A stretch of DNA of 64,000 nt. Origin: the human T2T-CHM13v2.0 reference genome, Homo sapiens. Location of the stretch: NCBI RefSeq assembly GCF_009914755.1, contig NC_060933.1; one strand, written 5' to 3'. Below, piece after piece: positions 59,151-64,000 of this stretch. Position 1 is the stretch's first letter, and each line of letters begins with the position of its first letter. The notes under the pieces are model-generated. The model ran no database searches and was not told the DNA's origin. It was given only the letters and a program-made list of their open reading frames with translations. Position numbers and translations under genes: made by a program.

Positions 59151-59409
59151 TCCATTCCATTCCATTCCATTCCATTCCATTCCATTCCGTTCCATTCCAT
59201 TTCATTACATTCAGATTGATTCTATTCAATTCCCTTACACTCCATTATATTCCAATCCATTCTGCTTGTTTCCATTCCATTCCATTCCATTTCACTCCAT
59301 TCAATTGCACTCGGGTTGATTCCATTCCATTCCATTCCATTCCATTCCGGATGATTCCATTCCATTGCATTCCATTCCATTCCATTCCCCTGCACTCGTG
59401 TTGATTCCA

Positions 59410-62150
59410 TTCCATTCCATTACAATCGAGTGGATTCCATTCCATTCCATTCCTTACCATTCCTGTCCTTTCCATTCCATTCCACTCGGGTTGATTCCAT
59501 TCTATTAGTTTCCCTTCCATTCCATTCCCTTCCATTCCACTCTGCTGATTCCATTCCTTTCCATTCCACTCGAATACATTCCCTCCTATTCCACTCGGAA
59601 CCATTCCATTCCATTCCATTCCATTCCATTCCATTCCATTTCGTTCCATTCCATTCTATTCCGTATCATTCCATTCCATTCCATTCCATTCCATTCCACT
59701 CGTGTTGATTCCATTCCTTTCCATTCCATTAGGTTTGAAGGCATTCCATTCCATTCCATTCCATTGCATTCCATTCCATTCCATTCCGGATGATTCCATT
59801 CCATTGCATTCCATTCCGTTCCATTCGCCTGCACTCGGGTTGATTCCATTCCATTCCATTCCATTACATTCCGTTCCATTCCTTTCCATTCCATTCGGAT
59901 TGATTCTATTCAATTCCCTTACACTCCATTACATTCCATTCCATTCGGGTAGTTTCCATTCCATTCCATTCCATTCCTCTCCATTCCATTGCACTCGGGT
60001 TGATACCATTCCATTCCATTCCATTCCATTCCATTCCATTCCATTCCATTCCATTCCATTCCGTTCCATTGTACTCGGGTTGATTCCATTCCATTGCATT
60101 CCATTCCATTCCATTCCATTCCATTCCGTTCCATTCCATTCCGTTCCATTCCATTACATTCGGATTGATTCTATTCAACTGCCTTACTCTCCATTACATT
60201 CCATTCCATTCGGGTTGTTCCATTCCATTCCATTCCATTCCACTCCATTCCATTGCACTCGGGTTGATTCCATTCCATTCCATTCCATTCCATTCCATTC
60301 CATTCCATTCCGGATGATTCCATTCCATTGCATTCCGTTCCAGTACATTCCCCTGCACTCGGGTTGATTCCATTCCATTCCATTCCATTCCATTCGATTC
60401 CATTCCATTCCAATTCATTCCATTCCATTCTATTCCGTACCATTCCATTCCATTCCATACAATTCCATTCCATTCCATTCAACTCCGTTCCGTTCCGTTC
60501 AGTTCCGTTCCGTTCCGTTCCATTCCATTCCATTCCATTCTATTCGGTTTAATTCCATTCCATTCCATTCCATTCCATTCTATTCCATTCCATTGCAATC
60601 GAGTTGAATCCATTGCATTCCATTCCATTCCATTCCATTCCATTCCATTGTACTCGGGTTGATTCCATTCCATTGCATTCCATTCCATTCCATTCCATTC
60701 CATTCCGTTCCATTCCATTCCATTACATTCGGATTGATTCTTTTCAACTCCCTTACTCTCCATTACATTCCATTCCATTCGGGTTGTTCCATTCCATTCC
60801 ATTCCATTCCACTCCATTCCATTGCACTCGGGTTGATTCCATTCCATTCCATTCCATTCCATTCCGGATGATTCCTTTCCATTGCATTCCGTTCCATTAC
60901 ATTCCCCTGCACTCGGGTTGATTCCATTCCATTCCATTCCATTCCATTCCATTCCATTCCATTCCATTCTCCTGCACTCGCGTTGATTCCATTCCATTCC
61001 ATTCCATTCCGTTCCATTCCATTCCATTCCATTCTATTCGGGTTAATTCCATTCCATTCCATTCCATTCCAATCGATTTGATTCCATTCCATTCCATTCC
61101 ATTCCATTCCATTCCACTCCATTCCAGTCCTTTCCATTCCATTACACTCGGGTTGACTCCTTTCTATTCCTTTCCATTCCATTCCATTCCATTGCAATCG
61201 AGTTGATTCCATTGCTTTGCATTCCATTCCATTCCATTCCATTCCGGATGATTCCATTCCGTTGCATTCCATTCCATTCCATTCCCCTGCACTCGGGTTG
61301 ATTCCATTCCATTCCACTCCATTCCGTTCCATTCGATTCCATTCCATTCCATTGTATTCGGGTTAATTCCATTCCATTCCAGTCCATTCCATTCCATTCC
61401 ATTCCATTACAATCGAGTTGATTCCATTCAATTCCATTCCATTCCATTCCATTCCATTACAATCGAGTTGATTCCATTCCATTCCATTCCATTCCATTCC
61501 AGTCCTTTCCATTCCATTCCACTCGGGTTGATTCAATTCTATTTGTTTCCATTCCATTCCATTCCCTTCCATTCCACTCTGCTGATTCCATTCCTTTCCA
61601 TTCCACTCGAATACATTCCCTCCTATTCCACTCGGAACGATTCCATTCCATTCCATTCCATTCCATTCCATTCCATTCCATTCCATTTCGTTCCATTCCA
61701 TTCTATTCCGTATCATTCCATTCCATTCCATTCCATTCCATTCCAGTCCATTCCACTCCATTCCATTCCATTCCATTCCATTCCATTCCATTCCACTCGT
61801 GTTGATTCCATTCCTTTCCATTCCATTAGGTTTGAAGGCATTCCATTCCATTCCATTCCATTCCATTCCATTCCATTGTACTCGGGTTGATTCCATTCCA
61901 TTGCATTCCATTCCATTCCATTCCGGATGATTCCATTCCATTGCATTCCATTCCATTCCATTCCCCTGCACTCGGGTTGATTCCATTCCATTCCATTCCA
62001 TTACATTCCGTTCCATTCCATTCCATTCCATTCGGATTGATTCTATTCAATTCCCTTACACTCCATTACATTCCATTCCATTCGGGTAGTTTCCATTCCA
62101 TTCCATTCCATTCCTCTCCATTCCATTGCACTCGGGTTGATTCCATTCCA
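59410..62150 (+). repeat. ~2.04-2.14-kb-offset partial duplication (~59410-60010 vs ~61450-62150)
   Basis: The private 1-bp-deleted spacer ctctgctgattcc (59540/61577) and ccattaggtttgaaggc (59726/61823) occur only in these two places. Confidence 0.82.
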
Positions 62151-64000
62151 TTCCATTCCATTCCATTCCGGATGATTCCATTCCATTGCATTCCGTTCCA
62201 TTACATTCCCCTGCACTCGCGTTGATTCCATTCCATTCCATTCCATTCCATTGAATTCCATTCCATTACAATTCCTTCCATTCCATTCTATTCCGTACCA
62301 TTCCATTCCATTCCATAACATTCCATTGCATTCCATTCCATTCCATTCCATTCCATTCCATTCCACTCCATTCCAGTCCTTTCCATTCCATTCCAATCAG
62401 GTTGATTCCATTCTATTCCTTTCCATTCCATTCCTTTCCATTGCAATCGAGTTGATTCCATTGCTTTGCATTCCATTCCATTCCATTCCATTCCGGATGA
62501 TTCCATTCCATTGCATTCCATTCCATTCCATTCCCCTGCACTCATGTTGAATCCATTCCATTCCACTCCATTCCGTTCCATTCCATTCCTTTCCATTACA
62601 TTCCATTGTATTCGGGTTAATTCCATTCCATTCCATTCCATTCCATTCCATTCCATTCCATTCCATTCCATTACAATCGAGTTGATTCCATTCCATTCCT
62701 TTCCATTCCATTCCAGTCCTTTCCATTCCATTCCACTCGGGGTGATTCCAATCTATTAGTTTCCATTCCATTACATTCCCTTCCATTCCACTCTGGTTGA
62801 TTCCATTCCTTTCCATTCCACTCGAATACATTACCTCCTATTCCACTCCGAACGATTCCATTCCATTCCATTCCATTCCATTCCATTCCGTTCCATTCCA
62901 TTCCATTACATTCGGATTGATACTATTCAATTCCTTTACACTCCATTACATTCCATTCCATTCGGGTAGTTTCCATTCCATTCCATTCCATTCCTCTCCA
63001 TTCCATTGCACTCGGGTTGATTCCACTGCATTGCATTCCATTCCATTCCTTTCAATTCCATTCCGTTCCATTCCATTCCATTACATTCGGATTGATTCTA
63101 TTCAACTCCCTTACTCTCCATTACATTCCATTCCATTCGGGTTGTTCCATTCCATTCCATTCCATTCCACTCCATTCCATTGCACTCGGGTTGATTCCAT
63201 TCCATTCCATTCCATTCCATTCCATTCCATTCCATTCCGGATGATTCCATTCCATTACATTCCGTTCCATTACATTCCCTTGCACTCGGGTTGATTCCAT
63301 TCCATTCCATTCCATTCCATTCGATTCCATTCCATTCCAATTCTTTCCATTCCATTCTATTCCGTACCATTCCATTCCATTCCATACAATTCCATTCCAT
63401 TCCATTCCATTCCGTTCCGTTCCGTTCCGTTCCGTTCCGTTCCATTCCATTCCATTCCATTCTATTCAGGTTAATTCCATTCCATTCCATTCCATTCCAT
63501 TCTATTCCATTCCATTGCAATCGAGTTGAATCCATTGCATTCCATTCCATTCCATTCCGAAAGATTCCATTGCATTGCATTCCATTCCATTCCATTCCCC
63601 TGCACTCGTGTTGATTCCATTCCATTCCATTCCATTCCATTCCATTCCGAACCGTTCCATTCCATTCCATTCCATTCCATTCCATTCCGTTCCGTTCCAT
63701 TCCATTCCATTCCATTCCATTCTATGCGGGTTAATTCCATTCCATTCCATTCGATTGCAATCGAGTTGATTCCATTCCATTCCATTCCATTCCATTCCAT
63801 TCCATTCCTTTCCTTTCCATTACATTACGTATGATTCCATTCCATTTCATTCCATTCCATTCCATTCCCCTGTACTCGGGTTGATTCCATTCCATTCCAT
63901 TCCAATCCATGCCATTCCACTCGTGTTGATTCCATTCTTTCCATTCCATTCAAGTTGAATCCATTCCATTGCATTCCATTCCATTCGATTCCATTCGATT

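Larger units (their letters stand above)
1..64000 (+). repeat. Human Satellite III (HSat3) pericentromeric array, (CATTC)n/(GGAAT)n with ACTCGGGTTG-type spacers; C-rich strand on +
   Basis: Continuous CATTC pentamers across the entire window, with the diagnostic SatIII 10-mers ACTCGGGTTG/ATTCGGGTTG and variants (AATCGAGTTG, ACTCGCGTTG, ACTCGTGTTG). It lacks the dominant CATTCGATGATTC pattern of HSat2. No non-satellite sequence or inversion seen. The array runs off both ends. Confidence 0.98.

Noticed and set aside
62-63949. Hundreds of ORFs up to 344 aa (MEWNG... on -, HSIPF... on +)
   Set aside because: (CATTC)n has no stop codon in any frame and the - strand has ATG every 5 bp. The ORFs overlap in all six frames, have 5-residue periodicity and show no domain-like sequence.
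1-64000. CRISPR-like repeat/spacer appearance
   Set aside because: The intervening sequences are not unique. They are pentamer runs and a handful of recurring 10-mers. No cas genes or leader.
1-64000. HSat2 or the Y-chromosome DYZ1 ~3.6-kb repeat
   Set aside because: CATTCGAT-type units are minor and no regular ~3.6-kb or ~1.8-kb period is seen. The 3.29-kb unit has only two copies.
1-64000. Inversion breakpoints, long hairpins, or Alu/L1 insertions
   Set aside because: No GGAAT tract appears on +, there is no poly(A) or non-satellite stretch, and palindromes are only 6-8 bp (TTCCGGAA, ATTGCAAT) or slightly longer (cgattgcaatcg).

Overview
The whole 64 kb window is one uninterrupted array of human/great-ape classical Satellite III (HSat3). 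It consists of (CATTC)n pentamers on the + strand, interrupted every ~40-90 bp by CpG-containing 10-mer spacers of the ACTCGGGTTG family. The C-rich strand is + throughout. I see no strand switch, transposon, RNA gene, CRISPR array or real protein-coding gene. Every ORF in the track (MEWNG.../HSIPF...) is the stop-free translation of the pentamer. From memory, a recurring ~160-bp module resembles the chr9q12 SatIII (pHuR98/HSat3B-type) sequence, but this assignment needs a search. The readable structure is evolutionary. The array is a mosaic of about a dozen recurring modules with no single fixed higher-order repeat. It contains a recent ~7.0/7.85-kb tandem duplication (11251-26088), a ~3.29-kb tandem duplication (36991-43571) holding nested 575-bp and 75-bp duplications, and many 1-2.7-kb partial copies. 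The junctions I could resolve sit at shared spacer homologies. One spacer variant, ATTCCGGAAGATTCC, is a perfect three-unit heat-shock element and occurs about 35 times by manual count. I did not find a new gene-based system. All counts and breakpoints were read by eye and are approximate to a few pentamers.
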